Shown here: positions 28,731 through 38,228 of the stretch, one piece after another
Numbering within the stretch: position 1 is the stretch's first letter
Layout: each line of letters starts with the position of its first letter
Origin: Marispirochaeta sp.
Lineage (GTDB): Bacteria; Spirochaetota; Spirochaetia; JC444; Marispirochaetaceae
Length of the DNA stretch: 64,000 nucleotides
Direction of reading: 5' to 3'
NCBI GenBank assembly: GCA_963676835.2
Contig: CAXXFF010000002.1
Coordinates: forward strand, 960,001 to 1,024,000
Program-made: the position numbers and the translations under genes
Notes under the pieces: generated by a model
The model's database searches: none
Told to the model about the DNA's origin: nothing
What the model saw: only the letters and a program-made list of their open reading frames with translations

Positions 28731-30002
28731 ATGTTGATTCTTTTTCTTGGCGGATTATTTACTCTGATTGCAATAAATGTTCCCATCGGTTTTGCTTTGA
28801 TCGGAACATGCATTTTGTTAATGCTCAATATGAGCGGATTTGCACCCCAGACAATTACCCAGGGGGTTTACAGAGGCATAGATAATTTTCCGCTTCTGGC
28901 AATACCTTTCTTTATTTATGCCGGGGAGGTTATGAATGTCGGCGGCATTTCCAGGAGAATAGTTAATTTTGCAGATGCTGTTCTCGGACATATTGCCGGA
29001 GGGATCGGGTATGTCGGCATCCTCTCCAGTATGATTTTCGCTGGAGTTTCCGGTTCTGCAGTAGCGGACACTGCAGCTATGGGATCGATTCTTCTCCCGG
29101 TTATGAAGAAGAATGGCTATGACGTACCTAAAAGTACGGCCCTCATAGCAGCTTCCGGTTGTATCGGACCGATCATTCCTCCCAGCATACCTATGATTCT
29201 TTATGCGGTATACAGCGAAGTATCGGTGGCAGAGCTTTTTCTTGGGGGAATTATTCCCGGAGTTCTCGTAGGTGGAGCCCTCATGGTTGCGTGGTTTCTG
29301 CATAGTAGAAAAATGGGATATCCAAAACGTCAGCGAACACCGCTTAAGGAACTGTTTCAGAAAACGCTTGATGCTTTCTGGGCAATACTTCTGCCATTTA
29401 TCATTATCGGTGGAATTATTGCCGGTATTGTAACCCCGACAGAGTCTGCTGTCATTGCTGTGGTTTATGCTTTGATAGTTTCATTATTTGTCTACCGTGA
29501 AATGAAAATAAGCGATATACCAGCAGTTCTGGTAAATGGGTCAAAGATTGCAGCAACAACTATGTTTGTTGTTGGAGGTGCCGTTGCAACCGGGTATTAC
29601 ATCACCATTGCCCGTATTCCGGAACTTCTGACCCATCTTATTCTATCTTTTACTACCAATATTTATGTAATTCTCCTGCTTATTAATATTTTACTGCTTC
29701 TTGTAGGATGTGTGCTTTCTGTTGGTAGTGCAATTCTTATTCTGACACCGGTTCTGGTTCCGATTATTCTCTCTTTCAATCTGGATCCCGTCTATTTCGG
29801 CGTAATTATGGTTGTCAATTTGTGCCTTGGGCTTATGACCCCTCCTGTTGGTGCAGTTATGTATATAGGGTGCAGTCTTTCAGATATATCCATGGTTCAA
29901 TTTGTCAGAGCGGTATGGCCATTCCTTCTGGTTATGGCGGCGGTTCTGATTTTAATTACCTATACACCGGGTCTTGTTATGTTTATTCCTGGACTGCTTT
30001 GA
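28731..30002 (+). CDS. dctM: TRAP transporter large permease
   Basis: LLAIPFFI, SGSAVAD, IIPPSIP, TPTES, GLMTPPVG. Confidence 0.94.
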   Translation: MLILFLGGLFTLIAINVPIGFALIGTCILLMLNMSGFAPQTITQGVYRGIDNFPLLAIPFFIYAGEVMNVGGISRRIVNFADAVLGHIAGGIGYVGILSSMIFAGVSGSAVADTAAMGSILLPVMKKNGYDVPKSTALIAASGCIGPIIPPSIPMILYAVYSEVSVAELFLGGIIPGVLVGGALMVAWFLHSRKMGYPKRQRTPLKELFQKTLDAFWAILLPFIIIGGIIAGIVTPTESAVIAVVYALIVSLFVYREMKISDIPAVLVNGSKIAATTMFVVGGAVATGYYITIARIPELLTHLILSFTTNIYVILLLINILLLLVGCVLSVGSAILILTPVLVPIILSFNLDPVYFGVIMVVNLCLGLMTPPVGAVMYIGCSLSDISMVQFVRAVWPFLLVMAAVLILITYTPGLVMFIPGLL

Positions 30003-30049
30003 TGCAGATGAAACTTGGAATGGCAAATATATTTTATCAGGAGAAAAGA

Positions 30050-31108
30050 ATGAAAAAGGGAGTATTAGTTGTTTTAGCAGCAGTTGTTGCCCTGTCCTTG
30101 GGAAGCTGTATGAAATCCTCAGAAGTCAGTATTCCGAAGGATTCAGCATCGGCTGCAGCTGCGGGAACAGAGCAGTCTGTTATTACTATTCGTGTCGGAT
30201 TGGGAGGTCCGAAAACACTTCCGTCCTATAAGGCTATGGAGGAAATCCTTGTAAATGACCTGGGTGTTAAAACGAACGGACATCTTAAGTTTGAACTGTA
30301 TCCTGCGTCTCAGCTGGGAAGTGATGTTCAGGTTATCGCTGCTGTTCGTTCAGGTGTTCTGGAAATGGCTTCATGCGCTACTGCACCGCTTGTTGGTCTG
30401 GTTAAAGAATTTGCAATCTTTGATACACCGTTTCTTTTTACCAGTGCAGACACTGCTCATAAAATCCTCGATGGTGATATCGGAAATACCATTGTAGACT
30501 TGATAGGAGAAAAAGATATTTATCTGCTTGGCTGGTCTGAGTTGGGTTTCCGGCATCTGACAAACTCAGTCAGAGATGTAAGAACACCTGCTGATATCAA
30601 AGGCCTGAAAATACGGACCATGGAGAATCCCATTCATCTTGCCACCTGGCGGGCGCTTGGCGCCAACCCGACTCCGATGCCTATTTCTGAAGTGTATACA
30701 GCCATTCATCAGAAGGCAATTGACGGACAGGAAAATCCTGTAGCTGCATTTTTTGGATGGAAGATTCATGAAATAAATAAGCACATTTCTCTTACCGGTC
30801 ATGTGTACTCTCCTCAAACCTTTATCTTCAGCAAGAAAATACTCGATACACTTTCAAAGGAAGATCAGGATCTGATCCGGGAATATGTTAAGAAAGCCGC
30901 TCTGCGGGCCCGGGAAATAAACCGTGAGCAGGAAGGTGACTACCTTAGCAAAATCAAGGATTCCGGAGCTACGGTAATTGAACTGACTACTGAAGAAAAG
31001 GCAGCCTTTCAGGAAGCAACAAAGACAATCTGGAATACGGTAGGAGATACCGTAGGGGCAGATTTTATGAACAAATTGAAATCTGAGTTGGCAAAAGCCA
31101 ACGGATAA
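30050..31108 (+). CDS. dctP: TRAP transporter substrate-binding lipoprotein
   Basis: SD AGGAGA then ATG 30050; lipobox LGSC; YPASQLG, GFRH, GLKIRTM, LGANPTPM, IDGQENP. Confidence 0.92.
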   Translation: MKKGVLVVLAAVVALSLGSCMKSSEVSIPKDSASAAAAGTEQSVITIRVGLGGPKTLPSYKAMEEILVNDLGVKTNGHLKFELYPASQLGSDVQVIAAVRSGVLEMASCATAPLVGLVKEFAIFDTPFLFTSADTAHKILDGDIGNTIVDLIGEKDIYLLGWSELGFRHLTNSVRDVRTPADIKGLKIRTMENPIHLATWRALGANPTPMPISEVYTAIHQKAIDGQENPVAAFFGWKIHEINKHISLTGHVYSPQTFIFSKKILDTLSKEDQDLIREYVKKAALRAREINREQEGDYLSKIKDSGATVIELTTEEKAAFQEATKTIWNTVGDTVGADFMNKLKSELAKANG

Positions 31109-31116
31109 TTTTTACA

Positions 31117-31144
31117 GGTGCAGTGGATTTAATTCCGCTGCACC
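31117..31144 (+). terminator. Stem-loop after dctP
   Basis: GGTGCAGTGGA…TCCGCTGCACC inverted repeat, with a T run shortly downstream. Confidence 0.55.
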
Positions 31145-31183
31145 CGATATTTTTCAAGCAAATCACTTACGAAAGGTCAGAGA

Positions 31184-32341
31184 ATGAGTGCAGATATAAT
31201 CATCAGGAATGGATATGTTATAGATACCTTCGCCGGTGTAGAGGGTATCAAAGATATTGCAATAAAGGGTAACAGGATTATCGATTCATCAGCGGATGAA
31301 GCGGCTTCGGCCGAAGTCGAGATTGATGCAGCCGGTTGTATTGTTTCCCCCGGGTTGATCGACCATCATCTTCATATGAACTATGGTGGGAATGATGCAA
31401 GTGTACCTTCTGATGTATCTTTATTTCCGTCGGGAGTTACAACAGGTGCTGATGCGGGAAGTACCGGTGTCTCGTGTTTTGAATCATTCAGAAGAAACAT
31501 CATAGGCAGAAGTCTCCTCCGAATAAAAGCCTATATTAATGTCTGTTCTGCCGGGATGGCTACGAGGAAATATCCGGAAAATATCGATCCTCAGTTCTAT
31601 GACTTTGAGAGGATTCAGGAAATTGCAGAAAGGTATCCCGATACTTTTGCGGGACTTAAATTGAGGGTCAGTGAGGAGCTAAAAAGAGAATTCAGCAGGG
31701 ATCCGGTGGAGGAAACAATCCGGATGGCAGAGAAGCTTAACTGCCGGATTGTTGTGCATGTTACTAACCCATTTCTGGAATCAGAGAAACTTGCTGAGCT
31801 TCTGCGTCCCGGTGATGTTTTCTGTCACTGCTTTCATGGCAAAGGAAATACCATTATAGCTGAGAGCGGTAAAATCAAGAAAGGGATACAGTCTGCTGCG
31901 GAAAAAGGATTGATTTTTGATGCCTGCAACGGACGTTATAACTTTTCCTTTGATGTGGGGAAAAAGGCGATAGACCAGGGATTTTTCCCCCAGGTGATCA
32001 GCACCGATCTGAATACAATGGTTTTATACAGGCATCCGGCATTCTCTCTTCCTTTTGTTATGTCAAAATATATAAATATGGGAATGGATGTCCCGGCTGT
32101 TTTCAAAGCCTGTACTGAAACACCAGCAGAATTGCTGGGGATGTCCGGTCAGATTGGAACACTTGCAGCCGGCTCAATCGCTGATGTTGCAGTCTTTAAG
32201 CTGGAAGACTGTGCGGTGAAGTTTTATGATGATCTGGATAATTCATTTGAGGGGAATAAGGTTCTTGCTCCCCAGCTGACAATAAAGGATGGTACCATAT
32301 TCTATCGGGATCTCCGTTTTTCAAATGAACTTAACCGTTGA
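31184..32341 (+). CDS. Metal-dependent amidohydrolase/deacetylase (dihydroorotase-like)
   Basis: PGLIDHHLH, GVTTGADAGS, GLKLR, VHV, HCFHG, ISTD, ADVAVF. Confidence 0.85.
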   Translation: MSADIIIRNGYVIDTFAGVEGIKDIAIKGNRIIDSSADEAASAEVEIDAAGCIVSPGLIDHHLHMNYGGNDASVPSDVSLFPSGVTTGADAGSTGVSCFESFRRNIIGRSLLRIKAYINVCSAGMATRKYPENIDPQFYDFERIQEIAERYPDTFAGLKLRVSEELKREFSRDPVEETIRMAEKLNCRIVVHVTNPFLESEKLAELLRPGDVFCHCFHGKGNTIIAESGKIKKGIQSAAEKGLIFDACNGRYNFSFDVGKKAIDQGFFPQVISTDLNTMVLYRHPAFSLPFVMSKYINMGMDVPAVFKACTETPAELLGMSGQIGTLAAGSIADVAVFKLEDCAVKFYDDLDNSFEGNKVLAPQLTIKDGTIFYRDLRFSNELNR

Positions 32342-32372
32342 TGGTTTGATACGGGTGTAACATTCCGTTAGA

Positions 32373-34688
32373 ATGCGGTCAGGCTCTGATAATGTGATAG
32401 TGGACAGTTTCAAAATCAAGTACAAACCTCTCAGTGTATTCTACCGGACTTTGGTCATCCTGATACTGGTAATGATCATCCCTATGGTGATGGCTGTTTC
32501 CATTATTTCCCGTTCTGTTATTTCCGCAATTGAGCAGCAATCCTATACATCAAATATTAATCTGCTGCAGAAAACCAGTAAGGTTGTTGATACAATCATG
32601 CTGCATACCGACCAGGTCCTGCAGCAGGTGTGCAATGATCCGGATATCATCCATATGGTAGTAGCGCCTGAAGACAACGGCATGGAAATGTATGGAGATA
32701 CAATCGCCGCATTGAGGAAAATACAGTTACTGAATGAGTATATTCATTCAGTCTATTTATATCGGGCCTATGATGATCTTATCATAAGTTCGGATGGCGA
32801 GGTTTCTACCGGGGATGAATTTTTTGATATTGGATGGAGGATCCCTTTCCGGCAGATATTTGTAGGTACCAGGCAGATGAAAAGGCGAACCATTCAGGAA
32901 CCTTCTGAGACTGCAAACTGCATTACGTTAATCCGGAATATTCCGTACAGCTCCTGGAGTAAAATCGGAGGTATTATAGTAAATCTTGATGCGGATAAAT
33001 TGTATGATCTGATTGCTTTAAGCCATGACGATCCAGGTGAAATCTTTGTTCTGGATCGCGATGGCGATTTCCTGCTTAAGCGAAAATCTATCAATGAAAG
33101 TTTTAACAGATATCTGGCCTTCAACTCACTGATGAAATTCAATACCGGTTACCAGGCGGTATATTCAGGCGATGAAGAAAAACTGATTGCATATATATCT
33201 TCAACTCTCAATTACTGGAGATATGTATATGTGGTTCCTCTGATTGAACTACAGAGAGCCGTAAAAAGCATCTCGCTGCTTATGTATGTTGTCATGATCG
33301 TCTACATCTTCTTCGCTCTGGGAGTTTCATTTCTTGTTTCGAATGGATTGTATCGGCCTGTAAAAAAGCTGTTGAATACCTTGCAGATTGGCGAACTTGG
33401 CACAATGCCAGGAACCGGTAATGAATTCGATCTGATTGATACTGCGTACAAGGATGTTATCAACAGGAATGTTGTAATGAAAGAGGATTTTAAAAAAATT
33501 GAACCCTTCATCAGAGAACACTTTTTTCTGGATCTGATTAAAAAGCAGATATTTGCACCCGGAGAAATTCAGCAGAAAATGGATATTCTCAATGTATCCT
33601 TTGAATACCGAAACTTCATAGCAGTTATTGCGGAGGTTGATGATTATAAAAGCTATATACAGAGCGTTGATGAACAGGATGTTAAGGTCCAGATGGCCTA
33701 CCTTATCGATCTTCTTAACGATCTGGTCGCAAGTTATTATTCAGGACTGTGTTTCGGACTAACTGAGAATAAGGTTGTTATTATTTTTAATCTTAATCAG
33801 CGTTCACTCTCGGCTATGATTCAGCAGGAAATGTATGATTTTGTCATGGAAACCAATAAGCGTATTTCTCATGAGTTTCCGTTTTCCCTTACTTTCGGAA
33901 TTGGAGAGATACATGTGGATGTTGAAAATATATGGCGGTCATTCCATGAGGCGGAGAAGGCGCTGAACCATAAGCTTTTTGTTGGAAGAAATCAGACAAT
34001 TTTTTTCAGTGATATTGCAGAAGAGATAAACGGTATCCGGTATCATTTCTATGAAAAAAATATTGCCCTTATGAATCTTTTGAGTACAGGCACAATTGAA
34101 GGGGTAAACAGTATTATTGATGAAATAATGGAAATGCCCAGCACCACTTTAATGTCATACACCGATTTTCTGCGGGAAATCGGTACGATGCTCCACCTGT
34201 TTACCGGCTTTCTTGTGAAAAGGGGAATTCCTGTTGATAAAGTATTTGACGGCAGAAAAAGTCCATTTGCGGAACTTGAAGGAATGGAAACAATAGATGA
34301 TATAAGAATATGGGTTAAAGGGATCTGTGCAAAAGCTGCTGAGGAAGTTTGTCGGGGGCGGGACACAAAAGTCGATAAATACTCCAGTATGATGGTCGAA
34401 TTTATCAAGGATAATTTTCATGATGACATCACCTTATATGATCTTTCTGTACATGTTGGATTGAGTACAGCGTATACAAGTAAAATATTTAAAGATACGG
34501 TGGGCAGTAATTTCACTGAATATGTAAGTACCCTGCGTATAGATGAAGCAAAACAACTTTTGTCGGAAAACAAACTTTCAATAAAAGAAATTGCATACAA
34601 GGTGGGGTTTAACAGTATTTATACATTCCTTAGAACCTTTAAGAAATTTGAGAATATTTCACCGGGACAATACAGATCCATCCTGTAG
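32373..34688 (+). CDS. Membrane-anchored AraC-family regulator (two TMs, Cache-like extracytoplasmic domain, C-terminal HTH)
   Basis: TM1 LVILILVMIIPMVMAVSII, TM2 LMYVVMIVYIFFALGVSFLV; C-terminal YTSKIFK…IAYKVGF…FLRTFKKFENISPGQYR. Confidence 0.85.
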   Translation: MRSGSDNVIVDSFKIKYKPLSVFYRTLVILILVMIIPMVMAVSIISRSVISAIEQQSYTSNINLLQKTSKVVDTIMLHTDQVLQQVCNDPDIIHMVVAPEDNGMEMYGDTIAALRKIQLLNEYIHSVYLYRAYDDLIISSDGEVSTGDEFFDIGWRIPFRQIFVGTRQMKRRTIQEPSETANCITLIRNIPYSSWSKIGGIIVNLDADKLYDLIALSHDDPGEIFVLDRDGDFLLKRKSINESFNRYLAFNSLMKFNTGYQAVYSGDEEKLIAYISSTLNYWRYVYVVPLIELQRAVKSISLLMYVVMIVYIFFALGVSFLVSNGLYRPVKKLLNTLQIGELGTMPGTGNEFDLIDTAYKDVINRNVVMKEDFKKIEPFIREHFFLDLIKKQIFAPGEIQQKMDILNVSFEYRNFIAVIAEVDDYKSYIQSVDEQDVKVQMAYLIDLLNDLVASYYSGLCFGLTENKVVIIFNLNQRSLSAMIQQEMYDFVMETNKRISHEFPFSLTFGIGEIHVDVENIWRSFHEAEKALNHKLFVGRNQTIFFSDIAEEINGIRYHFYEKNIALMNLLSTGTIEGVNSIIDEIMEMPSTTLMSYTDFLREIGTMLHLFTGFLVKRGIPVDKVFDGRKSPFAELEGMETIDDIRIWVKGICAKAAEEVCRGRDTKVDKYSSMMVEFIKDNFHDDITLYDLSVHVGLSTAYTSKIFKDTVGSNFTEYVSTLRIDEAKQLLSENKLSIKEIAYKVGFNSIYTFLRTFKKFENISPGQYRSIL

Positions 34689-34694
34689 GGAAGA

Positions 34695-35630
34695 ATGAAG
34701 AAAAAAAGCGTTGTATACATTTTTGTGCTGCTCGGAGTTCTCCTTATTATTCCTCTTTTTAATCGGTATTTTGAACTGCGCAGGAAGGTCCCGGAAGTTG
34801 TTTCAATCCCTGTGATACGGCACAACGATTCCCCGTCTGTTGATATAAGAGTTCTAAAAATTGCTCACCAGTTCTCAGAGTATTCCCCGAAGCATCTGGC
34901 GATCATAGAACAGTTTATTCCTCTGGTACAGGAAGGCAGCAGAGGGAAAATTGTCGTGGAAGTATATCCGGCAAATCAGCTGGGAGATGAGGAGATAATT
35001 GTTCAGGGGCTTTCTTGTGGGACTATTGAGATGGCTGTTTCCGGGCAGTCGCTGCTTGAAGAGGAATTGTCGGATATAAAGATGAGCGATGAACTGCTTG
35101 CAAGAGTTTCTTTTTTTACCAGAGATGCCGGCTACAGGTGTCTCTATTGGAGTTTCAACGGGTTTAAGCAGTTATTTCTATTTGACAGCCCATTAGGTGA
35201 AAGTGAACAGACTTTCCGCCGGCTCGATCCGCATGATGCCAGGGTGCGTCACTATACAGATCTTCTGTTTAGCTCTGCCGATCTGAATTTCTCCTTTGAA
35301 AGCGACCCGGCAGAAGGAGCCGTCGGGAAGGGGGCGCTATTTCTTTATGAAGGAACGCTTCAGGAAAGTATGTATGCTTCTTTCTGGGATAGTCTTAAAG
35401 CTGTAATTCTCAGTAATCATCAGACAGACATCCAGATGTATATGGTGAGTGAGCGGTTCTGGAATACATTATCCAATCCCGAAAAAGAGTTGCTGAATAG
35501 CGCAGTACGTCATACCGAGCTGTACGAGACTGAACTTCTTCAGAGGTATGAGAGTGATATACTCAAGGATTGGGAGGAAAACCAGGTCTTTATTTTGCCA
35601 GTTATGCCTGAATCACCGGATCCTGAATAG
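34695..35630 (+). CDS. Divergent DctP-like binding protein with N-terminal membrane anchor
   Basis: VLKIAH…VEVYPANQLGDE…GTIEM and VSERFWNTLS match DctP; the central KIR/GQEN motifs are absent. Confidence 0.6.
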   Translation: MKKKSVVYIFVLLGVLLIIPLFNRYFELRRKVPEVVSIPVIRHNDSPSVDIRVLKIAHQFSEYSPKHLAIIEQFIPLVQEGSRGKIVVEVYPANQLGDEEIIVQGLSCGTIEMAVSGQSLLEEELSDIKMSDELLARVSFFTRDAGYRCLYWSFNGFKQLFLFDSPLGESEQTFRRLDPHDARVRHYTDLLFSSADLNFSFESDPAEGAVGKGALFLYEGTLQESMYASFWDSLKAVILSNHQTDIQMYMVSERFWNTLSNPEKELLNSAVRHTELYETELLQRYESDILKDWEENQVFILPVMPESPDPE

Positions 35631-35719
35631 GTGACAAATCAAAGGGTATTATCCATCCCTTTTGCAATTTCACATCTTCTCCGCTACACTTCATCATATT
35701 CACAATGCAGGAGGAATTT

Positions 35720-35968
35720 ATGGAATACCAGTTGGTGGCAATTAAAATTGACCAGAGAGAAGATGCAGCAACGGCGGTGCAGAAAGAACTGACCGCATTC
35801 GGCTGTAATATTAAAGTGCGCCTGGGGCTGCATGATCTGCCCGAGGGTGCCTGTGATCCCGCGGGACTGATTGTCCTTCAGGTTGTGGCAATAGAAAGCG
35901 AGCTCTCCGGATTTCTTTCCGGCCTCAACGGAATTGAAGGCGTTTCTGCAAAGTCACTGACAATCTGA
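35720..35968 (+). CDS. Small ACT/NikR-C-like protein, related to the TM1266 hydrogenase-associated family
   Basis: SD GGAGG then ATG 35720; VQKELTAFGCNIKVRLGLHD…C…GLI pattern; upstream TTGCAA-17-TACACT promoter. Confidence 0.5.
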   Translation: MEYQLVAIKIDQREDAATAVQKELTAFGCNIKVRLGLHDLPEGACDPAGLIVLQVVAIESELSGFLSGLNGIEGVSAKSLTI

Positions 35969-36010
35969 TTGACAGCTGCCTCTCTAGACTGTATTTTATG
36001 TGTACACATA
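35969..36010 (+). promoter_or_regulatory. Toxin-antitoxin promoter with operator palindrome
   Basis: TTGACA 35969-35974, 17 bp, TATTTT 35992-35997; perfect palindrome TATGTGTACACATA 35997-36010. Confidence 0.7.
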
Positions 36011-36042
36011 TAACACATAAAATACTGAGTCAGGGAGGCGGC

Positions 36043-36282
36043 ATGAATATTACCTTATCCGCAGACAGTGAATTAATCCGCAAAGCCCGGGAATATGCCC
36101 GGCGGCATAATTCCTCCCTGAATAAAATGATACGCGGGTATCTTGAAAAGATAACCAGTGAGATGGATTTTCAGACAGCCGCAGAAGAATTCAGATCTAT
36201 CTGCTCAGAACATGCCGGGGAGTCAGCTCCCGGGTACTACTTCAAGCGTGAAGATGAATACTCCCGTCATGGAAAGGTGTGA
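36043..36282 (+). CDS. vapB: Ribbon-helix-helix antitoxin (VapB/DUF6364-like)
   Basis: MNITLSADSELIRKAREYA…SLNKMIRGYL; SD GGAGG; overlaps the PIN gene. Confidence 0.75.
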   Translation: MNITLSADSELIRKAREYARRHNSSLNKMIRGYLEKITSEMDFQTAAEEFRSICSEHAGESAPGYYFKREDEYSRHGKV

Positions 36283-36701
36283 TGGGGAAGGTTTTTATCG
36301 ATACCAATATTCTTACCTATGCCAATGACCGTCGAGATCCGGTAAAACAGCAGGCTGCCATGCAGCTTGTCTCAGACCTGATTGAATCGGGAGATGGGGT
36401 AGTCTCAACCCAGGTTCTGCAGGAATATGCAAATGTTGCGGTTTCAAAGCTCGGACAGTCCGAGGATGTTGTTCTTCGACAGATATACCTTCTGGAAAAG
36501 CTTGAAGTAGTGCTGCAGTCTCCGGCAATGATCAGGCGGGCGGTGGAAATTCGCAAAACCTACAACATCAACTTCTGGGATGCATGTATAGTAAGTAATG
36601 CTGAGTTTGCGGAATGCAGTACTATTATTTCAGAAGATCTCAACACCGGTCAGTTCTATTCCGGTATCCGGGTTGTAAATCCATTTTCCGAATCCATATA
36701 A
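36279..36701 (+). CDS. vapC: PIN-domain toxin (VapC)
   Basis: VFIDTNILTY, STQVLQEY, FWDACI, SEDL. Confidence 0.9.
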   Translation: MMGKVFIDTNILTYANDRRDPVKQQAAMQLVSDLIESGDGVVSTQVLQEYANVAVSKLGQSEDVVLRQIYLLEKLEVVLQSPAMIRRAVEIRKTYNINFWDACIVSNAEFAECSTIISEDLNTGQFYSGIRVVNPFSESI

Positions 36702-36713
36702 AACAGGGAAAAC

Positions 36714-37598
36714 ATGCCTACATCAGTTAAAACACACTACATCGGGCTTCTTGCCGGAGTTCTCTGTATCAGCTTCTCTGCGGTCTTTGTAAAGCTTGCG
36801 GGGGTTGAGCCTACCTTAAGCGCTTTCTACCGCTGCTTCTATTCGTCTATAGTTTTGTTTACCATTGGAATTATCCGTGGAGAGCACAGGAAAGCCCGCC
36901 GGGTTTGGGTGATTCCTGCTTTGCTTGGCGGTTTGAGTCTGGCGACGGATATGATTATCTGGCACAAGACTATCATCTATATCGGTGCGGGCCCTGCAAC
37001 TATCCTGGCAAACAGTCAGGTGGTGTTTATGGGGCTCATCGGTTTTCTGGTCTTAAAAGAGCGGATCTCTATCTGGTTTCCTCTTTTTATTCCCTTTATT
37101 TTCTACGGAATGTATCTGACTATTCCCGACAGCCAGATTATGGTCTCCCCCGGGCTGGGTTTCTTTCTCGGAATTCTTGTGGGGATTTCCTATACCGGCT
37201 TTCTTTTTGCCCTCCGCTATGCAAAGGAGAAGTCAGACGGGGATTATCCGGAGATTTTTTCCCTGGCGGTCTTTGTGGCTGCCACCGGTTTCTTTGTGGG
37301 GCTCTGGGGCGGCGCTGTTGAACACCTCGATTTTATTGTCACATCCTGGACGAGTCAGCTCTACCTGGTACTTATTGCCCTGGTTGCCCAGAGCCTCGGC
37401 TGGATTCTGATAAAGGCAAACATAACCCGGATTCCATCCCACCAGGGCAGCCTTATGCTGCTGGTTCAGCCCATGCTGACCATGTTCTGGGGCTTTCTTA
37501 TTCTGAGTGAACCACTGACGCCTGTACAGATTACCGGAATGGTCATGGCCCTCGGGCTTATTGCGCTGTATCAGCTGAAGCTTGCACCGGGAGAGTAG
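36714..37598 (+). CDS. DMT/EamA family transporter
   Basis: About 10 TMs in two repeats; AFYR, ATILANSQ, VLKERI, LSEPLT. Confidence 0.88.
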   Translation: MPTSVKTHYIGLLAGVLCISFSAVFVKLAGVEPTLSAFYRCFYSSIVLFTIGIIRGEHRKARRVWVIPALLGGLSLATDMIIWHKTIIYIGAGPATILANSQVVFMGLIGFLVLKERISIWFPLFIPFIFYGMYLTIPDSQIMVSPGLGFFLGILVGISYTGFLFALRYAKEKSDGDYPEIFSLAVFVAATGFFVGLWGGAVEHLDFIVTSWTSQLYLVLIALVAQSLGWILIKANITRIPSHQGSLMLLVQPMLTMFWGFLILSEPLTPVQITGMVMALGLIALYQLKLAPGE

Positions 37599-37645
37599 GA
37601 AATTTTACCATTCCTAATTGAACAGCAAAAGGGTATACTGTTTTT

Positions 37646-37881
37646 ATGCCTACTGTATTGCAGATAGATGGATACAGGTTCTTTTTTATTCCAGTGACAG
37701 ACCGGAGCCTATTCATATTCATGTAGAAAAAGGAAATGGATCGGCGAAAATCTGGATCTCTCCTGTTCGTCTCCAGTACAGCCATGGCTTCAACAGCAGA
37801 GAATTAAATCAAATTCTTTCGATAGTGCAAGATCATCAGAATGTTATAATGGAGGCCTGGAATGAGTTTTTTGGTGACTGA
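37646..37881 (+). pseudogene. DUF4160-family (HicA-like) toxin, frameshifted in a T6 tract
   Basis: ATG 37646 reads MPTVLQIDGYRFFF; FYSSDRPEPIHIHVEKG…AKIWI continues in another frame; one extra T at 37682-37687 restores the ORF. Confidence 0.8.
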
Positions 37882-38179
37882 AATTGAAATTTCTAATGCT
37901 GTAAACGTCGCAATTGATGATGAAAGGCTTTCAGTTTCTCTGGATGATGGCAGAACCATTTCTGTTCCTGTCAGCTGGTATCCCCGGCTATTGCATGGGA
38001 CCAATGAAGAGCGTAACAACTTCAGGTTTATCGGCAACGGAAGCGGAATTAACTGGCCGGACCTTGATGAAGATATAAGTGTGCAGGGATTGCTGGCGGG
38101 TCGGCATTCAGTTGAAAGCCAGAAGTCTCTGAATAAATGGCTGGAAAAACGAACAACCCGGGAAGTTTCCGGTGATTAA
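37862..38179 (+). CDS. DUF2442-family antitoxin
   Basis: LDDGRTISVPVSWYPRL…GINWPDLDEDISV. Confidence 0.85.
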   Translation: MSFLVTEIEISNAVNVAIDDERLSVSLDDGRTISVPVSWYPRLLHGTNEERNNFRFIGNGSGINWPDLDEDISVQGLLAGRHSVESQKSLNKWLEKRTTREVSGD

Positions 38180-38228
38180 GTATTGTTGCCGATTATAAAC
38201 TTCGTAGTTTTTAGTATACATTTTACCA

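Noticed and set aside
29822..30049. 76-aa N-terminal extension of dctP
   Set aside because: It overlaps dctM. ATG 30050 has AGGAGA and a lipoprotein signal.
27990..35640. Target-site duplication around the TRAP block
   Set aside because: Only CCGGAT is shared near both ends, too short to be meaningful.
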